64,000 nucleotides of DNA from Blasia pusilla. Its lineage: Eukaryota. The notes under the pieces were generated by a model. The model was given only the letters and a program-made list of their open reading frames with translations, did not search any database and was not told the origin of the DNA. The DNA lies in contig CM114271.1 of the NCBI GenBank assembly GCA_050084515.1, positions 16,430,001 to 16,494,000 on the forward strand, read 5' to 3'. The translations under genes were made by a program, and so were the position numbers. Below are positions 62,633 to 64,000 of this stretch, in pieces; within the stretch, counting starts at the first letter, position 1; every line of letters starts with the position of its first letter.

Positions 62633-64000
62633 ATGGATGCTAGAGAGCGGGATCGGATCCTACAGCGGGCCAGACGGTTCCGTTGGGAGGGGACACATGT
62701 TTTGAGGGTTTGGGAGGATGGCAGAGTACCGCGAGTGCCGCATCCTTTGCAGAGAGCACGACTAGTGCAACATGCCCACGAGGAGTTGGGTCACTTTGGG
62801 GTGAAGCGGACGTATAGCTTGCTCCGGATTCAATATTGGTGGCGAGGCATGCAGGCAGGCGTTCAGCAGCTTTGTTGCCAAGTGCATGGTGTGTGATCGG
62901 GTCCGAGCATCGTTCAATGCTCGACTCCACAATTGCATCCATTACCGATCATGGGCTTAGGGTATAGATGGAGTTTGGATTTTGCGGGACCTTTGCCCTT
63001 GACGGAGCGCCACGATCGTTATGTGTTGGTGATGGTGAGCACTTCTCGAAGTGGATCGAGTTGGTTGCATTGCCGACAAAGCAAGTGAGGGAGTAGCTTA
63101 TGCCTTCCTTGACAGAGTCTTTGAGTCATTATGGCGCACCGGTGAGGTGTTGATGACCAGGGTACCGAAGTTTCGCGGTGAGTTCCAGGCCTTGTGTGAC
63201 GGGCGATCGACCATCGCGCGACCGCGAGATCATCCCGAGGCGGATGGATTAGCGGAGAGAGTTGTGCAGACGGTGAAGAGGCGTTTACGCAAGTATGGCT
63301 TGCAGAGAGGTCACCTAGGAGATTGGGACCTCTAGTTGCTATGGTTGGCGATGGGATACAGATTCAGCAGGCAGGCATCCTTAGCGTCTTTTTCACCGTA
63401 CTTGCTACTTTATGGCCGAGAGCCACATTTACCTGCGGCCATTCGTCGAGATGCTGGTGAGATGGTGAACCTTGATGACCCAGATGTATGGGTGCGAGCA
63501 TGTTCTCAGAGGGCTGAGTTATTTCGGAGAGTGATGCTCATGGCGTTCGAGAACTTGGCGATTGCACAGCATCGGGATACGTTGAGGTATGCGACTATTT
63601 GAGGTGGTAGTTATCGACCAACTATCCGGAGGTTTCATCAGGGAGATTATGTCTATTTGCAGCAGACGGCACCGATGATGTTGGATGTGACTGCAGGGCG
63701 CACTATCCTGAGAGTGCGTGACATTTTGCCATCGGGTGTTCTCTTGCTTGAGGGACGCGATGGTATGGTATGGAATGACCATGTGCGTAATTGTGCGCCA
63801 TGTCACCTTCCTAACATTGATGGTACATTAGATCCGAGCTTAGTAGTAGTTCCTGCAGGCTTGCGTTGTATGTTGTGTGGTTCTGCCCGTGGTGCGGCCA
63901 CGATGCTAGTCTGTGATGGCTGTTCGAGAGGATGGCATATGGCATGTTTGACGCCACCTCTCACTAGGGTTCCTCAAGGACGATGGATGTGTCCCAGATG
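62633..64000 (+). pseudogene. Integrase with C-terminal PHD finger (63867-64000)
   Basis: HEELGHFG..YWW, WSLDFAGPLP, HPEADGLAERVVQTVK, FSPY.LLYGR, then in frame after the TGA at 63600: CMLC...MLVCDGCSRGWHMACLTPPLTRVPQGRWMCPR(C). Confidence 0.92.

Larger units (their letters stand above)
54628..64000 (+). mobile_element. Ty3/Gypsy LTR retrotransposon carrying a C5 DNA methyltransferase and a PHD finger (gag-PR-DNMT-RT-RNaseH-IN-PHD); runs off the window
   Basis: Domains read in order in successive frameshifted pieces: gag (RRFSG..ELHDF, CWSCGGAHHRRDC), PR (GAQPLMLG), DNMT motifs, RT (PFGLKNAPAEFQR, YIDDIVVFS), RNase H, IN (HEELGHFG, GLAERVVQTVK), PHD. Left boundary is tentative. Confidence 0.9.

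Overview
Eukaryotic nuclear DNA from a land plant, most likely a bryophyte such as a liverwort (inferred from gene types and TE content, not proven). GC-rich gene islands alternate with AT-rich TE debris. Three host genes are recognisable: an intronless EXO70 (3203-5227, -), a six-exon YIP1-family gene with a GC-AG intron (16142-18837, +), and an intronless membrane-anchored SMP-30/NHL beta-propeller gene (41326-42417, -). Mobile elements include two truncated chromovirus-like Ty3/Gypsy elements, a restriction-like-endonuclease (CRE/R2-type) non-LTR retrotransposon in two 5'-truncated copies, a Helitron helicase remnant and several 150-215 bp mini-Helitrons. The most notable feature is the Ty3/Gypsy element at about 54.6-64 kb. 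Its pol region carries a DNMT3-like C5 cytosine methyltransferase domain (motifs I, II, III, IV, VI, VIII, IX, X) between protease and RT, and a C4HC3 PHD finger fused to the integrase C-terminus, so it encodes both a DNA-methylation writer and a probable histone reader. An older, internally deleted relative lies at 32.5-34.5 kb. All translations, alignments and folds were done by eye, and TE boundaries are approximate.
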